A DNA stretch of 59,676 bases, counting the filler, from Sphacelaria rigidula (lineage: Eukaryota): assembly GCA_964200075.2 (NCBI GenBank). It is 5 parts of 5 records of this genome, joined end to end, with 100 filler letters (N's around TTAATTAATTAA, not from the genome) between each part and the next. Parts side by side here need not be neighbours in the genome. Positions count along the whole stretch, not along the records: positions 47,823 to 59,676 come from CAXNAA020004419.1; 4 more parts are not named here. One strand, 5' to 3'. A program made the translations under genes and the position numbers. This document shows, in pieces, positions 48,963 to 59,676 of the stretch. The notes under the pieces were generated by a model. The model was given only the letters and a program-made list of their open reading frames with translations. It had not been told where the DNA came from and searched no databases. Each line of letters begins with the position of its first letter. The stretch's first letter is position 1.

Positions 48963-50842
48963 CGAGCTGGGCCAGCAGAAAATCTCGCGTTTGGTTTTCA
49001 CACCATAACTTATCAACTTTAACAAACCATCCTGACTGGAGCATATCGCTGTGAGCTGCAGACCAACCTGGTAATGCACGGCACCGCCGCTGGATGAAAA
49101 TAAAAATGTACTGCATTATATATGCACGCGTGGACAAATGGCACCCTGTGGGGCACGTCTACAGGGTTCAGGGAAACTGTGCAGTGTTTCTCGCGGGGAT
49201 CTGGCTGTGGGTTCTTTTTTTGCACCCCACAGGACGCTTCACAGGGTTCAGGGAACTGTGCAGGGTTTCTCGCGGGGATTTGAGTGTAGGGTATTATTTT
49301 GTGCCACACAGGGCGCTTCACAGGGTTTCGTCACTCCGTGTAGAATTCATCGCTGTTAATATGCTGTGCAGACTTTATAGCACGCATACAATATACTCTA
49401 TACAGCATAGGCATGGTACTGGCAGAAAAAAACGGTCGAGAAATGGCAGGGGTGAAAGTTGAACTCATGATTTTGTGCTCGGGGGTACGTCAGGTTGCCC
49501 ATTGAACCACCTGAGTTCTTGTATACGGAGGAATAATTTTGTGCTTGTAATAACTATCAAACGAAAAACTCCCTAAACAAAAGCATACTCGGTTGAGTGA
49601 TTTTGGTAGACTGCGGACCACGGGGTTTTCAAAAGCAGTGGACAGTCATATGCGAGATATACACCATCGTCCCAGTATCCACGTCTTCAGCAGAAGCTAA
49701 GTCTCTAAACTCGTAGACGTGTGGACATACACTCGATCGTAATCAGTGTGTCGGATCTCCATTCAGCAAAAGCTGTTGAGAATTATTTATCATCTAGCCC
49801 ATGTACATGGATCGGGGGGCAAAAGGATGAACAATTTTCAACATTTTTTTCTGCTTGTCGGATCCCATATGCTGATGACGGTGCAGTATGCGGGATATGC
49901 CCAGCAGACGCTGTCCGCAATAAATCTATTTTCCCTCAATCTCCGGATGAAATGGAGGGCAAAGTAAACATTTAATTCGAGCTCCTTCTGCTGTTCAAAT
50001 TCCAAATCTGCGAGCGTGCGTGGGATTTGCGTAGCAAAAGAAGCTGTTCGAAATAGATCCTTTTTTGGCCAAATAAGTTGGGCGAAAAAAGGGTCTGTTT
50101 TGAATAGCTTCTCCTGCTGTCCGAGATAAATTCCTTTTTGCCCGATTTCAATCGGGCAAAAAGGAATTTATCTCGGACAGCAGGAGAAGCTATTCAAAAA
50201 ATTTAAATTTACAGATTTTGTTCCAAAATAATTTGGAATTGTCCAAATTGGGAAGACCTCTCCACAGGGTTGCTTGCAGGGTTTCGACGAAAACGCCATG
50301 CAAAATGCTATTACGGGTACTAGGGTTTGCAAATGCTACACAGGGGTTTTCACAGAGACTGTGGAGAATCCTGTGCAGCTCGTCCTACAGGGTGCTATTT
50401 GTCCACGTGTGTGACCTCAACTACGGAACGAAAAAGAGAGAATGTATCGGCATTCTCACTCGTGACCTCCATAACTGGAGTCTCCTGTACCACTCGGATT
50501 AAAGGGGCGCAGCGGTCTCACACAAAAAGTGCACGGCTGCGCCCAATTTAAAATATTTTCGGCCGAAATACTACCAGGATCTCCTGCACGCAAGTTTCCA
50601 CGACGTGTTAGAAGGTGCCGTCGTACTTCTCAAGTTTCACGGAGTTAAAGCATGTTCCCTCTTTTTGCTGAAACTTGTCAGTAGCTCTAACTTTCTGTTG
50701 TTGTTTTCTCCTTGGGACCTCTCCGCAAGTTGCGCGTGTTAATGATGAAAATGTCGTGTCAAAATGTCAGCGCCCAACTCTTCGAATTACCAACCACCTG
50801 CCCCGAAAACATTAAAAAATCACTGTCAGCTGGCCCAGCTCG
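48963..50842. mobile_element. 1.88-kb non-autonomous element with 14-bp TIRs and TA flanks (Tc1/mariner-like)
   Basis: TA|CGAGCTGGGCCAGC ... GCTGGCCCAGCTCG|TA; the right about 290 bp recurs, diverged, at about 53005-53295. Confidence 0.72.
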
Positions 50843-52064
50843 TAGAAAATCCCCTCTGTTTTCATCATTCAGGACAAACCATTTTCACGGCACCAACACC
50901 TTCAACGGCCTACAAACGGAGATCCTTCGGCGCACAGCAAACGGACCACGAACGGAGGTTGCCTGGAGCACCTTCATCCACTACTACCGGAGCTTCATGT
51001 ATCCTCGCTCTTGACTTATATGACTGACGTCGGACATTTTTGACCCTTTGAGTGGCTGATTATCTTGCCTTTCTCGGTTTGCACCAATATGCGCTTGTCG
51101 TATGCGATTGACCTTTTGGCGATTGAGCCTGGTATACTCCTTTAGGCGTTGTGCTCCCTGTTCTGCCTTCCTGATTTGCTTTATTTTGGCTAGCGCGTCG
51201 AAGCATTGTGTGTTCTTCCATTTTTTTTCGCTAGCCCGCAGCAGCATTTTGTGCTCCTGCGTATTCAAGCTGACTTGCACTCTTTGAAACAGATATGCTT
51301 CCCTTGTTTGAGGTGTGGGAGGAACGGGCGAAGGACTGAACATTGCCCTCCTGGTCTTGGGTGAGTTTTTCTTCCAGTCACTACGGTCGAGTGTTTCCCC
51401 AGCATTTTTTTTCTGCTGGTTCTCCTTTCTTGCCACTCATGACTTACGGGGAGAAAAGTCTAGATTTTCGTTGCCTTTCGAGACTACTCATCACAACTGT
51501 AAAAGAGGCTCGTCTAGGTGGGCTATTGTCATGAGGTTGAGAGGTGTTTATTGCGAAATCCAGGATTGTGAGATTGCAGGTCTGATCAGGCTTGATCAGA
51601 CCGGATGTGATTTTGATGAAAAGGGAATAGACAGCGATCCTGTGACCACCTCTCGTCACTCACGGCCAAAGCTGCATCGCAACCAAGCTGTTCCGGTGAG
51701 AGACGAGAAAGAGTATTGAGCAGAGCGATGAAGAATACAAGTGAAGAAGAGTCCTATCGATCAAGTGGATATCAACCATTCTATTTCGTGAAAACAAGAG
51801 CTTGGGTTGTTAGTTCGTCGTAAATACGATGAATGTTTTGGAGCAGATTGCTTTAGTCAACTGTCTGAACCATCTTCCTAAGCGTGCTTGCGTACACGCC
51901 TGCAAACCCCATTACACTGTTATTTCCGACTTGTTCGGGAAAACAAAAATATTGGAAAAAAGTCGACGCTGGATCTTTAGAGAAATCTTTAGTCAGACTT
52001 TAAGTGATGCATTGCCTGACCTGGTCAAATTATCTCTTCGTTCGGGCTAAGACAGCCGATCATA

Positions 52065-52480
52065 GAAATTGAGGTTGGAGCTTTTAATTGAGGATCGGAA
52101 CCAGGAGGATTAAGCTCTTCGTATCCACACCAAATCTTCCCAAAATGATTCCATTCCTCCACCTACCAGTGGCTATTGACAAGTACTACGCGTCATAAAA
52201 CTTAGGATTTCGATAGCCGAATTGTTGGGGTCCTAGGTGAAGAACCAATTTCGGGGAATTCAGGCGATCCGATCGGATCACCTAAAGTCCCCAAATGTTT
52301 TTCTTCATCTAGGACTCCAACATTTCGGGTATCGAAATCCGAATTTGTGCGGCGTGTAGCAGTTGTCAATAGCCACCAGGAGGTAAAGGAATGGAACCAT
52401 ACTTCGAAGAGTCGGTGTAGATACGAAGATTTTAGTCCTCCGGGTTCTCATCCTCAAAGAAAAGCTCCATCCTCGGTTTC
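52065..52480. mobile_element. Diverged copy of the 513-954 foldback element
   Basis: Shares TGTTGGGGTCCTAGGTGAA / CTAGGACTCCAACATTTCGG and AATGGAACCATA..TCGAAGA..GATACGAAGATTTTAGT. Confidence 0.8.
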
Positions 52481-54279
52481 GATTCTCGGCTGTTCTGAGT
52501 AAATACTGTCGAAACATTTCGGAGATTTCGTCTGGGATAACATCCCGTCAATAATATCCCTTATTGTACTGACTGGTAGAGAAGGAGGAATGAGGCTTCT
52601 GCCGTAGCTTTTCCTCCTTCTGAACAGCCGCTGACGGGAGGGGGAAGGGGGGGAGTGAAGTTTCTGGCCTGGAGATCGACAGACCCGCTTCGCTCGAGAA
52701 TTGTCTCATCGACTATCTTTGCAGTTGTTTTAGGCATTTCATCAAGTGCAATCAGACAAGAAAAGACGAAAAAAGTGAATGCCAACATAACACAAACGGA
52801 AAACCAGCCTTTGGTGTGCGGCGCATGCAGCTCCGTCTCTCGGACCCCAGGCCCCAAGCCACAGCATCTCAGCATATATATCTATATCTATACAAGGTTC
52901 CCCCTCGGGAGGTTGGTACTTGCCTCCCGGGAGTGACGCAAGTCGAAAATATATGGTCAAGAGAGGCTTCTGCTGTGCGATCCCGCGCCCAAGTCGAGGT
53001 ATTCTGGCCGAAGCTTCACCAGGATGTCGTTCACGCGAGTGCCCGTATGTGTTGGAGCGTTGTTATCGTCTTCATCAATTTGTAAGGAAGTTATAGCATT
53101 TTTCCTTCTTTTGCTGAAACTTCAACTCGCTCTAATTCCCTATTTGTTTTTAAGTACTCCTCTCCATCCCCCAACAGGGTTGCGCGTGTTGATGATAATA
53201 ATGTCGTGTCAAAATTTCAGCGCCTAACTCTTCGAATTATCAGTGGCATCTCCACTTTTCGTTAAAAAATCACTGTTAGCTGGCCCAGCTCCTAGCAGTT
53301 CATATTGCTGATACATCTACAGACGGCATTGCCCTGCATACAGGACTATGTCTAGTGCACCTGTTTACAGGTTGTGGTGTAGTGTGGGTACAGTCAAACT
53401 CACATTCTGTGAGCCTGATGACCTCGTGTGTGTTGGCTTTGAGGTTGGGAGAAAACACAGCTTCGTGGCTCTGAAGGTACACAGGCAGTTCAACAAAATC
53501 TCCTACAGCAGTCCAGCCGACACCCGAGGAACTTCCCTTGTGGTTACAAGTTTTCTGTGGGCAGAACCCGTGTGTTTTGTTCTCGGTAGAACGATAATGT
53601 TGGGTTCGCGGAACTGGGACCCACACTACGCAGAATTGACGATGTCGGAGGCTCCACATCAAAACTAAATGATAAGGGCTCTCAGATCATCCGACTTGCG
53701 TTTGCTGCTTACTAAGGCTAAGGCAATGCTGAATTGTTTTCAACTGCTTTCCTCTCATGTTCTCATGATATTCGCTGCACAACCGCTGTCTTCTTGCTCC
53801 CAAATCAACGAGAACGCGAAGAAAATCACGGTGTAAAAATACCCCGTCTAAATTTATCCTGTTCGGACGATAATCTTCAACAGGCTTTCGTGGTTTGGGT
53901 TCCCGTTTGAAGTTTTCCATCATCTTGAAAAGGCTCTTGTGGTTCGGGATTGACACCTCACAAAAAAAGCCCGTTTGAGCGACTTTCGGTGGCCAGAACA
54001 CGCGCCACAGGTATCAGATGGCACCCAAACCTGAACGGTAATGTACTGCTGCGCCTTCTCCGTGCGCTGCAAAAGAAAGCGTGGGATGAAATGCCTCGTT
54101 GCGAGAGAAAATTCGGCACAAGTGACGAAAAATGTGAAATGATACATGTACATATATTTGTCGCACTTTGAACTCCTCTCCGTCCTCGGGACGAATCCGT
54201 GGTCCCAAGGGATCAGTACATCTCTCCCCGGCACACGCCTTACATTTTGATCTCGCGGATTGGGTCAGCACTCCCGCAC

Positions 54280-54490
54280 CACCTCAACTCACGTCAAACA
54301 AACTCAGTCAACTGCTTCGTTCACTCACGTTCTCACCATTTCCACTCAGTCAACTGCTTTGTTTACTCACGTTCTCGCTCTTTCCACGGTGGAAATCAGA
54401 TACTACGAAGAAGACACCAACGCCTCGGGAATCGAACCCTCGCTCTCTCCACCCTAATGGCGACAGTCGGATCATTACACCACCGGGGCG
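54280..54490 (-). mobile_element. tRNA-derived SINE-like element (head 54490-54421)
   Basis: Minus strand GCCCCGGTGGTGTAATGA (A-box-like) ... GAGGGTTCGATTCCCGAGGC (B-box/T-arm); imperfect acceptor stem and no complete D-arm; followed by two 42-bp units (54302, 54344). Confidence 0.65.
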
Positions 54491-54819
54491 CGGCGGCACT
54501 GTATTTGCTGCTGCTGTACAGTGCCGCAGCTCACAGATGACAGTATGCCAGTTCCCATGTAGGCCACGTCAGCAGCAGCTAAGTGGCCGCCAGAGGTATC
54601 TTGTATTACTAAGTGTGCTGAACAAAAAGTCTCCATGGTCGTGGGTTTCTATACTACAGAGCCCTAGCCGTATTCTGCACTGTCTTGGCAACGAGCAATA
54701 CTTGATACTCACGACAACACTCCTCACCACCGATTGGATCTCCACACGACTGCCATCGTACTCACCCATGTTCGTGAGAATGGTAGCGGTGACGGGAACA
54801 TCGTCCTATTTTTCGACAA

Positions 54820-55120
54820 CGTGCTGGGGGGAGAAATGCGGGAAGTAAACGAAGGCGGCATGAAATAGTTTGATGCATTAGACAGTAGGGAAAAGACGAT
54901 GGCTATGCTAGGAGATAGATGATGACCACAGACAGCGAAACGGGACGGGGATAAGATGTGTGAAATGTTTTGCATATTGTATGGAAGAAACGTGATGAGC
55001 ACCGCAATGTTGTAGATATCTCTATTAGGAGTAGAAACGGTGCTTCGTCTTGAAAGGGATGCGTGGTCAATGGGCAAACGACTAAGGCAAGCAACAAATG
55101 ACTACGCCCCTCCCCCTCCC
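54820..55120 (-). repeat. About 300-bp dispersed element starting with a G-run then GTA(C/G)TCATTTGTTGCTTG
   Basis: Reverse complement of 55915-56215; other copies at about 39870-40130, 45385-45455 and 59572-59676. Confidence 0.82.
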
Positions 55121-55914
55121 GCTAGCCCTGCCGATCCGGAGTTCGTTGCAACAGCATGCTATAAAGTAATTGCGAGCGTTAAGGCGGGGCGCGTCGTAAG
55201 GCTGGAGGGTGTTTACTCATGACTGATAACCCAAAACCACAGCAAACGCCCGTGTTGTTCTCACCAAGTGCGCAAGGGAACAGTCAACACTAAGGTGGAG
55301 AAGATAAGCGGGGTTGAGGGGACTTCATGCGATGGACGGCAGAAGTTCATCCACCTCGTGCCTACCGTCGTGGCGCCCGAAGTAATCGTGGCGGCCGACG
55401 GTGAACTTCGCGATAAGTTTACCAGAGTGCAAGAACTGAAGCGTTCGATCTCCTGCCACAGGGCCCAGCTAGAGAGTGGTTCACTCGTAGAATCCGGGCT
55501 CAATCGAATGGCAGCTGCCGAGTCGGCGGAAGCGGAACCGGCCGTGGTCATCGCGGCTGGGTTTATCGTGAGGATGGACATCGAAGGTGCATAAGAACTG
55601 CGGAACGTGTTTGAGGATCAGGCCGAGAAATACGCAGACATCTACAGAAATTCGCTCCATGAATCATTGTCTGACGTATGATAACCGCCAGCACTGTTGG
55701 CGTTGCTGAGCAGTCTGTGCCATTTGAATGTGTCATGTGATGGCCCAAACTTGCTTTTTCCGGCCGGGGAGGAGGGGCAGGGAAGGGGGCTCCGTACATG
55801 CGCCTTGTACCGCCATGGTGGATTATGTTGCCGTGCCGGGGACGCTCGGAGTGGGCCTGCGGGGTTGCTCGGCACCACGGAGGGCTCTGGTGGCGGTACG
55901 GCACGACGGGGACG

Positions 55915-56215
55915 GAGGGGGTGGTGGGGGCGTAGTCATTTGTTGCTTGATTTGGTCGTTTGACCATTGATCACGCGTCCCTTTTTAGATAGAGCACCGT
56001 TCCAACTTCTAATAGAGACACGTCCAACATTTCGGTGCTCGTTAAGTTTCTTCTATACATTGCACAAAAACCTTTTACACATCTTATCCCTGTCATGTTT
56101 CGTCGTCTGTGGCCATCACCATCTATCTCCTAGTATGGTCATCGCTTTCTCCTTACTGTCTAATGCATCAAACGTTCCATGCCACCTGCGTTCATGTCCC
56201 GCATTTCCCCCTGCG
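55915..56215 (+). repeat. About 300-bp dispersed element, same family as 54820-55120
   Basis: GGGGGCGTAGTCATTTGTTGCTTG.TTTGGTCGTTTGACCATTGA.CACGC...GCATTTCCCC. Confidence 0.82.
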
Positions 56216-56339
56216 GTACGCCACGTTCCTCCTTGTGTAGTTCACATTCTACTGCTCTATGAGTTCTACTCTCTATTGCTTTGTCACAGAGGCAATCATG
56301 TGCATCGATTCCCTCCTCAACCTCTCGACTATTGATGTA

Positions 56340-58940
56340 TATCTTTCTTCTTTCTGACAGGTCCAGGCCCCCCGCCCGAAATCGCTATTTCAATTTTTCG
56401 CGGCATTCATTGGACTATGCAGATATGTTTTCGCTCCTGTCGTCTCTCTCAGCCCCCCGTGTATCTTCAGGTGTTCTTCCTAGTCTACTTACCGTCCTAG
56501 CTTATTTTCCCCTCATTTTTATCATGCCTCTTACCTTTGTTATGTACCCACCACCTTCACCTATGGTCAGTATTTCATCTTTGTTTCCTCCTATCTCCTT
56601 CCATACCTTCTCGACTACTCTATCCCGCCTTATGCCAGCCTTCACTTTCGTTATTTTCTTCAATACAGTCCTATCAAGGATGGCTGGCAATCTCTTTCTC
56701 TCCATGTTCATTCCGCTATAATGCCATCGCAATGTTCTCATACCTGTTTGTTCCAAGTGGGTACATTTCCAATTCTGCTCTCAATTCTATATTACTCGTC
56801 GTTTTTGAGCGTCGAAGTATTTTGTTAGCTGCTGTCATCTGTACTGTTTCCAACTTCTCCACCTACTTTACGTTCTCCCCCATGCTTCTGCACATTCCAG
56901 CTTTAGTACAATCACATTAATCGAAATACAGATCTTCGTTCTAGTATGTAGATGCGAGTCTGAGGATCCCGTTCATCCTACCTGTCTGTACCTTACTCTT
57001 TTCTATTACTTTATTTATGCGTGCATGCCAAAAATATTTTTCTGATATATCTACGCCATGGGATGTATACTGGCCTACGATCGGCAATTCCTCATCTCCC
57101 CACTTCCATTTGAACTCCACCGGGTTCTTCTTATCTTCGGTACGTACAAGTACCGCGGACTTGTTAACATTCGCTGCCACTCTTCATTTCCTAGTGTATT
57201 CTATCACCTTCTTCATTTGCTTCTGCAATTCTTCCGGTGCTTCTGGTGATATCCCCACGAAATCATCCGCGAACGTCAATCCTGATACCATATCTTCCCC
57301 CACCTTCACTCCTTACTTGCTGCTTCTATTGCTATTATCAGTTCACTAATAAATTCTTTGAATTAACGTGCGTGGTAATGTACACATCCTAGTTAAACCC
57401 CTGGTAGAATATCCGAATACTTCGATGTTTCCACGTCTAGCAGCATGGCACTTTTCGCACATTCTGTCTTCTTCACCATTCTCCACATCTCCCTCTGCTC
57501 CCAGTTTCCCACAACTTTGTCCGCAGCCCATTTCTCCGTACTTTCATGAGCCTTTTGTGCGCCCAGAAAGAAGCAATACGTTGTCAGCCCGGCGTCTTTC
57601 CCCTCTTGAATGATCTTACCTAATGTGCACACATGGTCGACGCAACTACGGTTTGGTCTAGAACCTGCTTGCCCCTCCCTGATTTCTTCTTCCTTCTCTA
57701 CCTTCGATCATCCCCATTTGTTTTTTTTTAATCTCACATAATGTTTTCCCTACGGTGCTTGGTAGCGTCATGCCTCTATAATTTCCCTGGGTCAGCCTTG
57801 CCTCCTGTCTTGAAATGGTCGATCACTACTCCTTCTCTCCACCTCTTGGGTGTGTACTCGTTTTCTGGTATCCAGTTGTGCAGCACAATCATCACGGTAA
57901 TCGTTCCCTCTCCCCCGTACTTTGGAAATACAATCATTATTACTCTGTCTGCCCCTGCTGCCTTTCTGTTCTTGAGTATAGCTATACACCCCTCTACTTT
58001 ATCTCTGGTGAATTATATCTGCAATGATTTTGAGCCACTATCCTCCTGATTTGATACCTCTTCATTTACCTCTGCCCATGAGTTCATCTCTTTCTCGAAT
58101 TCCGTGTCGAACCTCTCGTTAGTTTTTGGTGTTCCTAGGGTACGTTAGTGCTCTACTTGCACTTCTCTCTTCCTCCCCGAAGTGCTAACCATTTTGCCGT
58201 TCTGTGCCCGTAGTGCGACTATCCCCTTGTCCATCTTTTCTGCCTGGTTTCCCATTATCCCCCTTCTCCCTACCTACGTTTGTTTCATCCCGCCATCGAT
58301 ATCTTGTTTTGTTTCATTTATTACATCTTCCCATATTCGCTTCTTTTTCTTCTCTCCCATCTTTTTTCTTCCTTTCGAGCTTTAGTATATTCCTGCTATC
58401 CTACCGTAGTTTTACTCGATATGAATCTCGCGTGGGCCTCTCTCCTTACTCTTACGGCCTCTTTTACTTTGCCATGCACCATTTTACTTCTCTGCTGCAT
58501 ACGATTAGTTTTTCCCTATAGCTTCACTGGCTGTGTTCTTGACCAACTACTCCCGTTCTTCTCTAATATTTCCTTCTGCCCGGTCCCTTTCCATTTCGGT
58601 ATCAACCGTACCCACCCGTTCCAGCAGCTCGGAGAAACTGCATGTTTATTCATCTCTTCTTGGAACTGGTGCTGTTTTTCATCCATTTTTTCATCCATTT
58701 CTAGTTTATCTACTCTCCGATGTGTTGTCGTCCCATCTGTTCCGGACGCCAGGCTAGACCTTCCTCGTATGTATGGGCGCGCGAGCCGGGGTCACACAGG
58801 AGGAAGGCCAACACAGGGGTTTTTCTTTTTTATTTGTTTTAGTTTTTCACCTTCCTGCCGCCGTGCTTTCCTTATTTTTTTTTTATCGACAGAGGGGTTC
58901 AGCACTCCCCTTCCCTCGTCGACCGTGAGTTCGAATTTTT
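56340..58940 (-). mobile_element. Degenerate non-LTR retrotransposon (LINE), reverse transcriptase region
   Basis: Minus-strand peptides QAGSRPNRSCVDHVCTL, TYCFFL.AQKA, SGLTFADDFVGIS (FADD at 57273-57262), ELQKQM..ANVNKSAVL, WGDEELPIVGQYTSHGVDI; many stops and frameshifts. Confidence 0.9.
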
Positions 58941-59676
58941 TTAGAACAGATTATGCCAGCATGGATAAAACATACGGAAGTGTAACTTGTTGGTTACCTT
59001 CTTTAGCGACATCATCTTCACGAAATTCTCATTTGTCGCTTGTACCTGTGCAGTATGCCGACTTTCAGAGATTGACCCCCACCACAGCTGCTCGGACGCG
59101 GGCACTGCCTAAACGGGCACCAGTTGATCATCCTTGAATCATCTACGATTGGTTGACACCATGGAAGTAATGTCAAAACATTTTCATGCTGGTTGGAATT
59201 ATACAGCCAAGTCACCGTAGAAGTGTATACCTCTCGTGTCACTCAGCAACACGTACGACTCGTGGTACGCTGTACTTGATCGACGAACAGAACGCCCTCT
59301 CCAGCATTGGAGCCGCACTACCGTAACACCTAACCCAAAGTCATTTACTAGCGGTCACCTTGACTGAAACGTCATCATCCAACGGCCAAGCTCTCTTCCC
59401 TGCGGCCGCTTGAACAACTTATATGCCCAAACTACTCGGTTTTGGGTTGCTCGGGTTAAGACCAGCATCGTGGTGGTGAAGGTACCGTTCAATTCCGTGT
59501 TCTGGTGAAGAAACAGGGAAAAACAAGTTTCAAGACACCATTTTTCGATTTTCCTCGTTCTCGATCACCCCTGGGGGTGGTACCCATTTGTTGCTTGCCG
59601 TAGTCGTTTGACCATTGACCACGCATCCCCTTGGAGACGGAGCACCGTTCCTGCTCCTGATAGAGACACCTCCAAC

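Noticed and set aside
50984..51436. 150-aa basic ORF
   Set aside because: No recognisable domain or exon structure; lies within repeat-derived sequence
54421..54490. Functional tRNA gene
   Set aside because: D-arm and anticodon arm cannot be folded canonically
58280..59137. 285-aa ORF on the plus strand
   Set aside because: Antisense to purine-rich LINE and repeat sequence; Phe/Ser/Leu-biased with no recognisable domain
47823..59676. Downstream TOP2 exons (TOPRIM and breakage-reunion domains)
   Set aside because: No GIPKL.DAN, TEGDSA or PLRGK coding sequence seen; the block is probably from another locus

Overview
Eukaryotic, intron-rich, repeat-dense DNA. Gene style and repeat content suggest a brown alga or related stramenopile (inference). 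The window is not one natural locus: four identical 100-nt spacers (44 N + TTAATTAATTAA + 44 N) divide it into five blocks of 11,856/11,856/11,856/11,854/11,854 bp, so adjacency across spacers carries no meaning. Confident content: the first nine coding exons (430 codons, the complete ATPase domain) of a type IIA DNA topoisomerase gene (40581-47436, +), a decayed LINE reverse transcriptase (minus strand, about 56.3-58.9 kb) and a decayed Ty3/Gypsy pol 3' end (about 47.8-48.9 kb). A plausible multi-exon gene of unknown function with a damaged-looking 3' part lies on the minus strand at about 5.7-9.3 kb. The rest is nested non-autonomous DNA transposons (piggyBac-like, Tc1/mariner-like, Sola-like, foldback), a tRNA-derived SINE-like head, and 42-, 63- and 82-bp tandem arrays. 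I found no CRISPR array, rRNA, intact tRNA or demonstrably new enzymatic system. The best leads are unclassified TIR element ends and the nested inverted array structure at 12.3-18.8 kb.
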